In this document: positions 53,447-62,415 of the stretch, piece after piece
Position numbering within the stretch: position 1 is the stretch's first letter
Layout: every line of letters begins with the position of its first letter
Source of the DNA: Tagaea sp.
Lineage (GTDB): Bacteria; Pseudomonadota; Alphaproteobacteria; CACIAM-22H2
Reading direction: 5' to 3'
Assembly: GCA_965279525.1 (NCBI GenBank)
Contig: CBDIIB010000005.1
Span: 1,407,018-1,471,017, forward strand
Length of the DNA: 64,000 nt
Made by a program: the position numbers and the translations under genes
Notes under the pieces: model-generated
Seen by the model: the letters and a program-made list of their open reading frames with translations, nothing else
Database searches by the model: none
Told to the model about the DNA's origin: nothing

Positions 53447-54292
53447 ATGTCGTTTCTCGACCGAATCGCCGAGTGCAATGCCCACGATCCCGCCGCCTAC
53501 CGCCCGCTGACCTGTGCGGGTCACGCGATCGGCGCTGTCCGGCATCGGCTGGCCGAGCGACTGCGCGACTTCCCGAACGTCTTCGCGGTCTCGCAAAGTG
53601 CCGTCCATCTGTCGGATGCGTTCAAGGATGCCGACCAGCGCAGCCAGGCGGTCGAGCGCGTGGTGCGCGTGCTGGAAGCCGACGGCATCGTGCGCGGCCG
53701 GCGCGACGAGGCCTATCCGGTGCTGGTCAATTGGGGCGAGGCGCCGCTGCTGCGAATCGAGCGCGCGGCGGCCCCGCATTTCGGGATCCGTTCGTATGGC
53801 GTGCACATGACGGGATATGTGCGCACGCAAGACGGCCCGCTGATCTGGGTGGCGCGGCGTGCCAGGAACAAGCCCACATATCCCGGCATGCTCGACAACA
53901 CGGTCGCCGGGGGGCAGCCCGTCGGTCTCGGGCTCCACGACAACATGGTCAAGGAGTGTTGGGAGGAAGCCGGCATCCCCGAGGAACTCGCGCGCAAGGC
54001 GGTGTGCACGGGTGCCATCACCTACCGGATGGATGCCGAGGACGGCCTGAAGCCCGATGTGCAGTTCTGCTTCGATCTGGAACTGCCCGCCGATTTCGTG
54101 CCGCGCAACACCGACGGCGAGATCGACGAGTTCTTCGCGTGGCCGTGGCGCAAGGCCGCCGAGGTCGTTTCCGAGACGCGCGAATTCAAGTTCAACTGCA
54201 ATCTCGTGCTGATCGATTTCTTCGTGCGCCACGGGCTGGTCGATCCGGGTCGTGCCGACTATCTCGACATTGTCGCCGGTCTGCGTCGCTGA
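53447..54292 (+). CDS. NUDIX hydrolase with N-terminal DUF4743-like domain
   Basis: The Nudix box GGQPVGLGLHDNMVKECWEEAGI is present. Confidence 0.75.
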   Translation: MSFLDRIAECNAHDPAAYRPLTCAGHAIGAVRHRLAERLRDFPNVFAVSQSAVHLSDAFKDADQRSQAVERVVRVLEADGIVRGRRDEAYPVLVNWGEAPLLRIERAAAPHFGIRSYGVHMTGYVRTQDGPLIWVARRARNKPTYPGMLDNTVAGGQPVGLGLHDNMVKECWEEAGIPEELARKAVCTGAITYRMDAEDGLKPDVQFCFDLELPADFVPRNTDGEIDEFFAWPWRKAAEVVSETREFKFNCNLVLIDFFVRHGLVDPGRADYLDIVAGLRR

Positions 54293-54320
54293 TAGCTTTC
54301 CGGCAATCCTGGAGGAACGC

Positions 54321-55151
54321 ATGCCCGTCGCCGACATGAGCCTGACCGAGGCGGAGATCGCCGCGTTCCATCGCGACGGCTACGTGCTGCGCCGCGCGCT
54401 GTTCGCGCCCGAAGAGATCGCGATGCTCTCCGACGCGATCGTCAACGATCCGGCGATCGCGAAGAACACCTATGTGCGGCCCGACAGCAAGGGGGCATCG
54501 ACCGAGCTCGCGTTGTGGAACCATCCCGGCGACGACGTGTTCGGCGCCGTCGCGCGCTCGGCGCGAATCGTCGATTCGATGGAGAAGCTTCTCGGCGGCG
54601 AGGTCTATCACTGGCATTCGAAGCTGACGATGAAGCGTCCGAAAGTCGGCGGTGCGTGGGATTGGCACCAGGATTACGGCTACTGGTACAAGAACAACTG
54701 CCTGTTCCCGCTGATGGCGAGCGTGTTCATCTCGGTCGATCCGTCGACACGCGAGAACGGCTGCCTCGAGGTGCTGAAGGGTTCGCACCATCTGGGGCGG
54801 CTCGAGCATGGCGTCGTCGGCGGGCAGGTGGGTGCCGACATGGAGCGCGTCGAGGCGGCGCTGAAGGTGCTCGAGCACGTTTACGTCGAGCAGGCGCCGG
54901 GCGACGCGCTGTTCTTCCATTCCAACACGCTGCACACGTCGGGGCAGAACAGGTCGGACAAGTCGCGCAACGTTCTGCTGTGCTGCTACAACGCGGCGCG
55001 CAACAGCCCGTTCCGCGAGACCTCGCACCCGTCGTATCGCAAACTCCACAAGCTGCCCGACGGCGCCGTCCTCGCGTCGGCCGCGCGCACGACGGTCGGG
55101 CAGGATTTCTACCGGCCGGCCCCGCGCGTGCCGGCACCGGCCAAGGGCTGA
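54321..55151 (+). CDS. Phytanoyl-CoA dioxygenase (PhyH)-family Fe(II)/2-oxoglutarate oxygenase
   Basis: It has a WHQDYGYW (HxD) facial triad and a distal His (FFHSNTLHTS). Confidence 0.75.
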   Translation: MPVADMSLTEAEIAAFHRDGYVLRRALFAPEEIAMLSDAIVNDPAIAKNTYVRPDSKGASTELALWNHPGDDVFGAVARSARIVDSMEKLLGGEVYHWHSKLTMKRPKVGGAWDWHQDYGYWYKNNCLFPLMASVFISVDPSTRENGCLEVLKGSHHLGRLEHGVVGGQVGADMERVEAALKVLEHVYVEQAPGDALFFHSNTLHTSGQNRSDKSRNVLLCCYNAARNSPFRETSHPSYRKLHKLPDGAVLASAARTTVGQDFYRPAPRVPAPAKG

Positions 55152-55333
55152 GACGATAGCCGCGCAAGCGGGATCGGGACGCGGGCTTCCTGCGATGCCG
55201 CCGGGTCGGGCGCAGGCGGCCCGTGGATCAGCCATGCGAGTCCGTCGACGAGCACACGCAGCGTGACCGCCAGAGTTCCGATGCCGAACGGCAGGGCGAA
55301 ATAGATCGCGATGGCGACAAGGAAATTGGACAT
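55109..55333 (-). CDS. Small hypothetical membrane protein (74 aa, N-terminal TM)
   Basis: This ORF begins immediately beside an AT-rich 55-bp element and overlaps the 3' end of the PhyH gene on the opposite strand. It may be spurious. Confidence 0.25.
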   Translation of the reverse strand: MSNFLVAIAIYFALPFGIGTLAVTLRVLVDGLAWLIHGPPAPDPAASQEARVPIPLARLSSQPLAGAGTRGAGR

Positions 55334-55394
55334 TGGCGAGCCTTTCGGCAGGCAGAATAGTAAAATTTACAATTAATTTTAATCAAACTCAATT

Positions 55395-56231
55395 TTATAT
55401 CGTAAACCCAAGATCGATAACGATTTTCCGGGGATCTTCGCCTGCTGCCCGTAGGTCGGCGAGGCGGGTCGAACCAAGGCGCTTGGCCAGCCGCTTGCCG
55501 TCGGCGTCGAGCAGCAACCGATGGTGCTGATAGGCCGGCACGTCGAGGCCCAGCAGGGCCTGTAGCAGGCGATGCAGGTGGGTGGCGACGAACAGGTCGG
55601 TGCCGCGCGTGACGAGGTCGATGCCCTGTACATGGTCGTCGTGCACGACGGCCAGATGATAGCTCGCCGGGAATTCCTTGCGCGCGAGCACGGCATCGCC
55701 GAGTGCTTCGGGCGTGGCGCGCTGCGTGCCTGCATCGCGGTCGTGCCAGTCGAGCGGCCCGGTCTGCGAAACAGCCTTCGCGACATCGAGGCGCAGCGCA
55801 TAGGCGGCCCCCGATGCCACGCGCGTGGCGACATCGTCGGCACTGCGGTGCCGGCAGGTGCCCGGATAGATCGCGCCATCGCCGTGCGGGGCGCCGCCGG
55901 CCGCCTCGATCTCGCGCGCGATGTCGGCGCGCGTGCAGAAGCATTTGTAGAGAAGCCCCTTGGCCTCGAGTTTGGCTAGTGCTGCGGCATACTCGGCCAT
56001 GTGGTCGGACTGGCGGCGCACCGGGCGCTCCCAGTCGAGCCCGAGCCAGGCGAGATCCTCGAGGATGCCGGCCTCGAACTCCGGCCGGCAGCGCGTGCGG
56101 TCGGTATCCTCGATCCGCAGCAGGAAACGCCCGCCGGCGTCGCGCGCGGCCTGCCGCGCGAACAGCGCCGAGAAGGCGTGGCCGCGATGCAGCCGTCCGG
56201 TGGGCGAGGGGGCGAATCGCGTGACGGTCAT
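55395..56231 (-). CDS. gluQ: tRNA glutamyl-Q(34) synthetase
   Basis: The HIGH-like motif FAPSPTGRLHRGHAF is present, and at 278 aa it is a truncated GluRS paralog. Confidence 0.85.
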   Translation of the reverse strand: MTVTRFAPSPTGRLHRGHAFSALFARQAARDAGGRFLLRIEDTDRTRCRPEFEAGILEDLAWLGLDWERPVRRQSDHMAEYAAALAKLEAKGLLYKCFCTRADIAREIEAAGGAPHGDGAIYPGTCRHRSADDVATRVASGAAYALRLDVAKAVSQTGPLDWHDRDAGTQRATPEALGDAVLARKEFPASYHLAVVHDDHVQGIDLVTRGTDLFVATHLHRLLQALLGLDVPAYQHHRLLLDADGKRLAKRLGSTRLADLRAAGEDPRKIVIDLGFTI

Positions 56232-56275
56232 TGCGTTCTCGACAGTAGCATGGCCGCACTGGTACCAAATCGCGC

Positions 56276-56947
56276 ATGGCGTTTTTCGAACTCGACGGGC
56301 CGCGACTGGCCCCGCAGGCCGGCGGCAAGGCGAAAAGCCTTGTCGTGTTGCTGCATGGGCTGGGAGCGGACGGCAACGATCTCATCTCGCTGGCACCCTT
56401 GTGGGCGCGCGTGCTGCCGAACACGGCATTCGTCTCACCGCATGCACCCTTCCCGTGCGACATGGCGCCCTATGGCCGGCAATGGTTCAGCCTTCTCGAC
56501 CGCACGCCCGCACGCGTGCTGGCGGGCGTCCAGGCGGCAGCCCCCATCCTCGATTCGTTCCTCGATGCCGAACTGGCGCGTCACGACCTGCCGCCCGAAC
56601 GCATGGCGCTGGTGGGATTCAGCCAGGGCACGATGATGTCGCTGTTCGTCGCCCCGCGCCGCGCGGTCGCGATCGCCGGCGTGGTCGGATTCTCGGGCGC
56701 CCTCGTCGGCGCCGAACTGATGGCGACCGAAGCGCGTTCGCGTCCGCCCGTCCTGCTCGTGCATGGCGACGCCGATCCGGTCGTGCCGTTCGAGCGCATG
56801 GCGCAGGCGGCCTCGGCGCTCGACGCCGCGGGCATCGCGGTCGAGACGCTGGCCTGCCCCGATCTCCCGCATTCGATCGACGAGGCGGGCCTGCAGGCGG
56901 GTGCCGAATTCCTGGTCGAGCGGCTGGGCACCACGCTCGCCGCGTGA
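56276..56947 (+). CDS. Phospholipase/carboxylesterase-family alpha/beta hydrolase
   Basis: LLHGLGADGNDL and a GFSQG nucleophile elbow are present. Confidence 0.8.
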   Translation: MAFFELDGPRLAPQAGGKAKSLVVLLHGLGADGNDLISLAPLWARVLPNTAFVSPHAPFPCDMAPYGRQWFSLLDRTPARVLAGVQAAAPILDSFLDAELARHDLPPERMALVGFSQGTMMSLFVAPRRAVAIAGVVGFSGALVGAELMATEARSRPPVLLVHGDADPVVPFERMAQAASALDAAGIAVETLACPDLPHSIDEAGLQAGAEFLVERLGTTLAA

Positions 56948-57109
56948 GCGCCGACGTCATCGCGCTGCAACATGCTGGATATTGTGTTCCGTCGCCGGAT
57001 CGCCTATCAATTGATTGATAGTTTTGCGTCGAATCTCGTGCCGTGGCTCGCCCGGACCTGAACGACAAGGGCGGCTGCCGCACCGGAAACGGAGGCGGAG
57101 GGGTCGCGC

Positions 57110-57748
57110 GTGAGTCTGCAATCGTTTCATCCGCTGAGCGAGCCGCTCGATCCGGCGCATGTGCCGTTCGTTCCCGTGAACGGCCATTCGGTCAATGCCG
57201 AAGCCTGCCCCGCCCTCGTCCTCAACGCCGATTTCCGCCCGCTCTCGTATTTCCCGCTGTCGGTCTGGTCGTGGCAGGACGCGATCAAGGCGGTCTACCA
57301 GGACCGCGTCAACGTCGTGCACGAGTACGACCGCATCGTGCGCTCGCCTTCCCAGGCGTTCCGGCTGCCGTCGGTCATCTCGCTGAAAGAGTACGTGCCC
57401 GCCGCGCGCCGCCCGGCCTTCACGCGCTTCAACGTGTTCCTGCGCGACCGCTTCGAGTGCCAATATTGCGGTGACGGGTTCCCTGCCCCCGAGCTCACCT
57501 TCGACCACGTGATCCCGCGCTCGCGTGGCGGCCGCACGACATGGACGAACGTCGTGACGGCCTGTTCGTGCTGCAATCTGGTCAAGGGCAGCCGGCTGCC
57601 GAACGAGGCGAAGATGTTCCCGCGCAACAAGGCGGTGCAGCCGACCTCGACCGAGCTGCAGGAAAACGGCCGCGCCTTCCCGCCCAACTACCTGCACGAG
57701 AGCTGGCGCGACTTCCTCTACTGGGACACGGAACTGGATCCGATCTAG
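57110..57748 (+). CDS. HNH endonuclease-domain protein
   Basis: CQYCG ... FDHVIPRSRGG ... W.N ... CSCCN is the HNH zinc-finger / beta-beta-alpha-metal motif. It has a GTG start. Confidence 0.75.
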   Translation: MSLQSFHPLSEPLDPAHVPFVPVNGHSVNAEACPALVLNADFRPLSYFPLSVWSWQDAIKAVYQDRVNVVHEYDRIVRSPSQAFRLPSVISLKEYVPAARRPAFTRFNVFLRDRFECQYCGDGFPAPELTFDHVIPRSRGGRTTWTNVVTACSCCNLVKGSRLPNEAKMFPRNKAVQPTSTELQENGRAFPPNYLHESWRDFLYWDTELDPI

Positions 57749-59172
57749 CGCTTCACCGGGCCGAAGCGCAGCGTCAGGTTTCCGCCGAGCCAGGTCGACG
57801 CGAGTGCACGGCCGCGCACGCGGTCGACCGTGGCGGCGAGTTTCTCGTCTTCGTGGCGGGCGAGATAGATCTCGGCCCACGCGTAGGCGGACGGCGACAC
57901 GAGTTCCGAACCCACGCCCTCTTGGGCAACGCCCGCGCGCTTCGCGATCGGCTCGGGATCCTCGAGACCGTCGCGCGTGAAGGCGGCGAGCCTTGCCAGC
58001 GCATCGCCGGCCTGTTCCGAAAGCTCGATGCCGTTGGCCGCGGCAAGCGCGTCGGCCAGCACCAGCGGCTCCAGCGCGAAGCGGTGATAGTGGAGAGCCT
58101 TCGAGCGGCGCGCCAGTTCGCGCGGCAGCGAACCGTCGGCGGCGACGGCGGACAGCGCACCCTTGGTGGCGGCGATGCCCCAGTCGAACAGGGCCGCGTC
58201 GTCCGTCGCGATCGCGGCGGCAAGTACGGCGAGGGCGGCCCAGTTCAGGTGGTTGTTCTGCTCGGCGAAGGGCTTTCGCGCATAGTCGGGAACCGTCGCC
58301 CAGGCGAGGTCGCGCAGCCAGCCCTCGATGCGGGCGCGCGTGTCGGCTTCGATTTCGGGCGCGTCGGCCAGCAGCGCGTAGTTAAGCGCTAGCGTGGCGA
58401 GCGTCCATTTGCGCTCGAAAGCCCCCTGCATCGTGGCCCGGCCCAGCAGGGCGCCTTCGCCGGCCCACCGGTCGAGCCAGCCGGCCATGCACGCGGCGAC
58501 CGCCGGGTTGCGCGGGCTGGCACCAAGATAGCGGTCGCCCATGCGCGCTATGCCACTGGCAAGTGCGGCCAGCGGCGCCGCGGCGCGGTTGCGCGCGGCG
58601 AGCGCTTCGGGATCGACGATCGAAAAGCTCGGATCGTCGCGCCGGTAGAACGTCTCGACCGTCACGTCGCGCAACGGGGCCGGCGGTTCGGCGCACACGA
58701 AGGTTCCCGCGATCCGGCCGCCGACGGCTTCGCGGCGCGAGTCGATCACCGGCAGTCGCGTGAAGGGCGGCTCGATGCCCGCCGCGGGTGCGCCATCGAG
58801 CGCCACCTTGCATCTGCGCGGGCCGCGCATGCCTTCGGCGCGCAGGCGGCCATCTTCGACCCGGCCCTCGTAGAGGACGGACTTGACGGTGTCGGCGCGA
58901 TAGCTGCCCTCGATGCGCACGCCGCCGTCGGGGTCGACGCTGCCGGAGAGAGCTTCCGAGCCGTCCTCGTCCGGAATGCCGCGCTGGAGGGTGAAGCGCC
59001 CGTCGCGCACGACGACCGCGATGGTCTGCCGGAAGCCGGGTCCCGAACCGATGCCGGCACATTCGACGGTGCCGCGATAGGCCCCGTCGCCGGACGACGC
59101 GGCCTGCGCGCCCGTGGCGGCAAGCGACATCAGCATGGCAATGGCGGCGGGTGCCCGGATCATGGCGGCCAA
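57745..59172 (-). CDS. Alginate-lyase-family (polysaccharide lyase) protein, secreted
   Basis: It has a signal peptide and the motif NNHLNW, which matches the alginate lyase NNHSYW signature in the alpha/alpha toroid domain. Confidence 0.6.
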   Translation of the reverse strand: MAAMIRAPAAIAMLMSLAATGAQAASSGDGAYRGTVECAGIGSGPGFRQTIAVVVRDGRFTLQRGIPDEDGSEALSGSVDPDGGVRIEGSYRADTVKSVLYEGRVEDGRLRAEGMRGPRRCKVALDGAPAAGIEPPFTRLPVIDSRREAVGGRIAGTFVCAEPPAPLRDVTVETFYRRDDPSFSIVDPEALAARNRAAAPLAALASGIARMGDRYLGASPRNPAVAACMAGWLDRWAGEGALLGRATMQGAFERKWTLATLALNYALLADAPEIEADTRARIEGWLRDLAWATVPDYARKPFAEQNNHLNWAALAVLAAAIATDDAALFDWGIAATKGALSAVAADGSLPRELARRSKALHYHRFALEPLVLADALAAANGIELSEQAGDALARLAAFTRDGLEDPEPIAKRAGVAQEGVGSELVSPSAYAWAEIYLARHEDEKLAATVDRVRGRALASTWLGGNLTLRFGPVKR

Positions 59173-59196
59173 GTTAGCCGGCCGGGCGCCACCGGT

Positions 59197-59370
59197 CTAT
59201 GCCTCGAGCGCGACCAGCTTTGCCTGTGCGGCCGCGATGTGTTCGAGAAGTTCCTCGCGCGTCACGCCGTCGCGGGCCATCACGGCCCGGGTGAGGGGAT
59301 CGTCGAGAAGTTCGCCGAGGTGGGGTTCCTCGTCGAGACGCAGTTTTCTGTTCGGTTCCGGCTTCGACAT
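59197..59370 (-). CDS. Small hypothetical protein (57 aa)
   Basis: This is the C-terminal part of ORF 59197-59622, taken from internal Met MSKPEPNRKLRLDEEPHLGELLDD. It is charged and helical. Confidence 0.35.
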   Translation of the reverse strand: MSKPEPNRKLRLDEEPHLGELLDDPLTRAVMARDGVTREELLEHIAAAQAKLVALEA

Positions 59371-59440
59371 GCCCGCGTTATCGCCGCCAAGCGTGGCGAA
59401 ATCGGGGCGGTTCCGGGAATTTATTGTCTCAGTACGATGC

Positions 59441-60001
59441 TCAGATCCGCGACGAGAGCCAGATCGCCAGCCGCGAGCCGGCCTTGATGGCGCCGGAGAG
59501 CACCTCGTAGCCCGGTGCGCCGAGCGCGTCATGCGAAAGGGCCTCGTCGCGATGCTCGACTTCCTCGCGGCGGAACTCCTCGAGCGTGGCCTTGAGGGCG
59601 GCTTCGGTCTCGGGCAGCGCATCGATCTGCTCGCGATAATGCTCGTCGATCACTTCCTCGACCGCGACCGTGCAGGCCATCGCGGCCTTGGGGCCCAGCA
59701 GGGCGGTCGCCGCCCCCAGCGCGAAGCCGGCAGCGTGCCAGAAAGGCTGCAGCAGCGTGGGGCGCGCGTGGCGCTCGGGCAGCAGCTTCTCGAATGTGTC
59801 GAGATGGCGGCGTTCCTGCTGGACCATGTGCGCGATGGCGGCACCGGCAGCGCTGTCGCGGCCGAGCACGGCAAGCTGGCCTTCGTAGATGCGCACGGCG
59901 CCGTACTCGCCGGCATGGTCGACGCGCAGCACGCGGTCGACCAGCTTGTCGCCGGCCGGCTCGCCGGGCAGTCCCATCGTGCGGGCGTGGTCCATCTTCA
60001 A
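59441..60001 (-). CDS. coq7: Demethoxyubiquinone hydroxylase (COQ7 family, di-iron)
   Basis: Ferritin-like di-iron motifs (EERRHLDTFEKLL, EEVEHRDEAL) are present. Confidence 0.8.
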   Translation of the reverse strand: MKMDHARTMGLPGEPAGDKLVDRVLRVDHAGEYGAVRIYEGQLAVLGRDSAAGAAIAHMVQQERRHLDTFEKLLPERHARPTLLQPFWHAAGFALGAATALLGPKAAMACTVAVEEVIDEHYREQIDALPETEAALKATLEEFRREEVEHRDEALSHDALGAPGYEVLSGAIKAGSRLAIWLSSRI

Positions 60002-60501
60002 TCTCCGTCGCGTGCGCGGGCGGCGCCCAGGGCTGCGAGTGCCGCAAGACCAAGGGCCGCGAAGAAATTGTAGCCTGCCATCGACAGGCCGAACAGCGTC
60101 CAGGCCGGCTCGTCGCAGCGCACGACGGGTGCGCTGAGCAGGCGCGCGCGCAGTTCCTCGAGGCTAGCCGATGCAGGCCTTGTCCCGCCGCATTCGGATG
60201 TCCCTTCCCACCATTTGGACTCGACCCCGACATGGAAGGCGGCGATGCCGGCATCGACGACGAGGCACGCGGCTGCCAGCGCCAGCAGGGCCGCGGCGAG
60301 GCGCCGGTTGGAGCCGGCGACGAGTGCTGCGACGAGGGCGAGCGGGATCGCTGCCCAGTAGGGATAGCGCTGCCAGTAGCACAGCACGCATGGTGCGAGC
60401 CCGCCCAGATGCTGGAAGGCGAGAGCGGTGCCGAGCACGGCGGCACTGCCGAGGGCGACGGCGGCGGCAAGCGTGCGGGCGGGCAGGTCGGGGACGATCA
60501 T
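59998..60501 (-). CDS. dsbB: Disulfide bond formation protein B
   Basis: CVLCYWQRYPYW is a DsbB first-periplasmic-loop Cys pair, and the protein has 4 TM helices. The start is at internal Met 60501, which avoids running antisense through tRNA-Leu, and the gene overlaps the coq7 start as ATGA. Confidence 0.75.
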   Translation of the reverse strand: MIVPDLPARTLAAAVALGSAAVLGTALAFQHLGGLAPCVLCYWQRYPYWAAIPLALVAALVAGSNRRLAAALLALAAACLVVDAGIAAFHVGVESKWWEGTSECGGTRPASASLEELRARLLSAPVVRCDEPAWTLFGLSMAGYNFFAALGLAALAALGAARARDGD

Positions 60502-60602
60502 GCCTCCGGAACATAGGCCGGATGCGCCCCGCCGCCCAAGCCCGTCGGCAGTTGACCCGGGCGATTTGGCCCCTATGATCCGCGCCGACCGTCCGGCCCG
60601 GT

Positions 60603-60688
60603 GCCCCAGTGGCGAAACGGTAGACGCGGCAGACTCAAAATCTGTTGCCCGCAAGGGCATGTTGGTTCAAGTCCGACCTGGGGCACCA
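60603..60688 (+). tRNA. tRNA-Leu (anticodon CAA)
   Basis: The acceptor stem is GCCCCAG/CTGGGGC, the D-loop is GAAACGGTAGAC, the anticodon loop is CTCAAAA, and there is a long variable arm, a T-loop GTTCAAGTC and a 3' ACCA. Confidence 0.9.
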
Positions 60689-60727
60689 CCGGCTACCGCC
60701 GCCCTTCGAGTGTGGCGGCAGACGGCA

Positions 60728-61303
60728 ATGCGGAATAATCTCGACGGCAAGATCAATCGCCCCGGTGCGAATTCGTTGAACGGTCCGTCGATCCAGATTC
60801 CGGAGCTTCCGGCCGCGGCCGTCCATCCGGACTTCCGCGTCTTCTACGACTATTGGCGCAAGGCAGCGCCGCCGGCTTCACTGCCCGGCCGCCAGCACAT
60901 CGACCCGCTGGTCGACATCCCGCAGATCATCGCCAGCGTCGTGCTCTACGACGTGGTTCCCGACGAAGCGGGACCGCGCTTCCGCATCCGCGTGGCGGGC
61001 GAGATGCTGGTCGACATCATGGGCTCGGCCCCCGCCGGCCGCTTCATCGACGAGTTCGTGCTGCCTGCGCGCCGCGCCCAGGTCAACGCGGCGCTGGCCG
61101 AGGTCGCGCGCGAGCGCATCGCGCATTACTGGGAAAACCAGATGTGGACCGCCGGGCGCCAGTACATCCGCATGCAGCGGCTGGCGCTGCCGCTGGCGCG
61201 CGACGGGTGCAATGTCGACATGGTCTTTTCGTGCCACGTGCGCGTCGAGGCGACCGCCGACGAGGCCGACGCGGCGCGTGCACTCGCCGGACTTGGCGGC
61301 TAA
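60728..61303 (+). CDS. PAS-like domain protein (single domain, 191 aa)
   Basis: The conserved core HPDFRVFYDYWRKAAP ... RFRIRVAGEMLVDIMG resembles small stand-alone PAS-fold proteins of alphaproteobacteria. Confidence 0.5.
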   Translation: MRNNLDGKINRPGANSLNGPSIQIPELPAAAVHPDFRVFYDYWRKAAPPASLPGRQHIDPLVDIPQIIASVVLYDVVPDEAGPRFRIRVAGEMLVDIMGSAPAGRFIDEFVLPARRAQVNAALAEVARERIAHYWENQMWTAGRQYIRMQRLALPLARDGCNVDMVFSCHVRVEATADEADAARALAGLGG

Positions 61304-61335
61304 AGTCCGTCGGAATTTTCCAGCAGGACGGACAG

Positions 61336-62415
61336 ATGAAAAATCGCAACTACCGCATCGCGGTGATTCCCGGCGACGGGATCGGCAAGGAAGTCGTGCC
61401 CGAAGGCGTGCGGGCACTGCGCGCGGCTTCCGCGAAATTCGGCTTCGACCTGAAGCTCGACGATTTCGGTTTCGCGAGCTGCGACTATTGGGCCAAGCAC
61501 GGCAAGATGATGCCGGACGACTGGAAGGCGCAGATCGGTGGCCATGATGCGCTGTTCTTCGGCGCCGTGGGCTGGCCCGACATCGTGCCCGACCACGTTT
61601 CGCTGTGGGGATCGCTGCTGCAGTTCCGCCGCGAGTTCGACCAGTACGTGAACCTGCGCCCGGTGCGCCTGATGCCCGGCGTGCCGTGCCCGCTGGCCGG
61701 CCGCAAGCCCGGCGACATCGACATGTACGTGGTGCGCGAGAACACCGAGGGCGAGTACACGTCGCTGGGCGGCACGATCTTCCCGGGCACCGAGCGCGAG
61801 ATGGTCGTCCAGGAAACCGTGTTCACGCGCATCGGCGTCGACCGCATCCTGCGCTACGCGTTCGAACTGGCGAAGAAGCGCAAGCGCAAGAAACTCACGT
61901 CCGCCACCAAGTCGAACGGCATCTCGATCTCGATGCCGTACTGGGACAGCCGCGTGAAGGAGATGTCGAAGGCGTATCCCGAAATCGCCGTCGACCAGTA
62001 CCATATCGACATCCTGACCGCGCACTTCGTGCTCAATCCCGACCGCTTCGACGTGGTCGTGGCGTCGAACCTGTTCGGCGACATCCTCTCCGATCTCGGG
62101 CCCGCCTGCACCGGCACGATCGGCATCGCCCCCTCGGCCAACATCAACCCGGAGCGCAAGTTCCCCTCGCTGTTCGAGCCGGTGCATGGTTCCGCCCCCG
62201 ACATCGCGGGCAAGGGCATCGCCAATCCGGTCGGCCAGATCTGGACGGCCGCGATGATGCTCGAGCATCTGGGTGAGAGCGAAGCGGCACAGGCCATCGA
62301 GAAGGCGGTCGAGAAATCGCTATCCGATCCCGCCACGCGCACGCGCGACCTTGGCGGAAAACTTGGGACGGAAGAGTGCGGCAAGGCGGTCGCCGCGTTG
62401 ATCGGGAGCGCATGA
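61336..62415 (+). CDS. Tartrate dehydrogenase/decarboxylase (isocitrate/isopropylmalate dehydrogenase family)
   Basis: YRIAVIPGDGIGKEV is a canonical family N-terminus, and the NLFGDILSDL motif is present. Confidence 0.85.
   Translation: MKNRNYRIAVIPGDGIGKEVVPEGVRALRAASAKFGFDLKLDDFGFASCDYWAKHGKMMPDDWKAQIGGHDALFFGAVGWPDIVPDHVSLWGSLLQFRREFDQYVNLRPVRLMPGVPCPLAGRKPGDIDMYVVRENTEGEYTSLGGTIFPGTEREMVVQETVFTRIGVDRILRYAFELAKKRKRKKLTSATKSNGISISMPYWDSRVKEMSKAYPEIAVDQYHIDILTAHFVLNPDRFDVVVASNLFGDILSDLGPACTGTIGIAPSANINPERKFPSLFEPVHGSAPDIAGKGIANPVGQIWTAAMMLEHLGESEAAQAIEKAVEKSLSDPATRTRDLGGKLGTEECGKAVAALIGSA

Noticed and set aside
59998-60660. A 220-aa extended DsbB ORF.
   Set aside because: The extension runs antisense through the tRNA-Leu gene (60603-60688). 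The internal Met at 60501 begins directly at the first TM helix and overlaps the coq7 start as ATGA.
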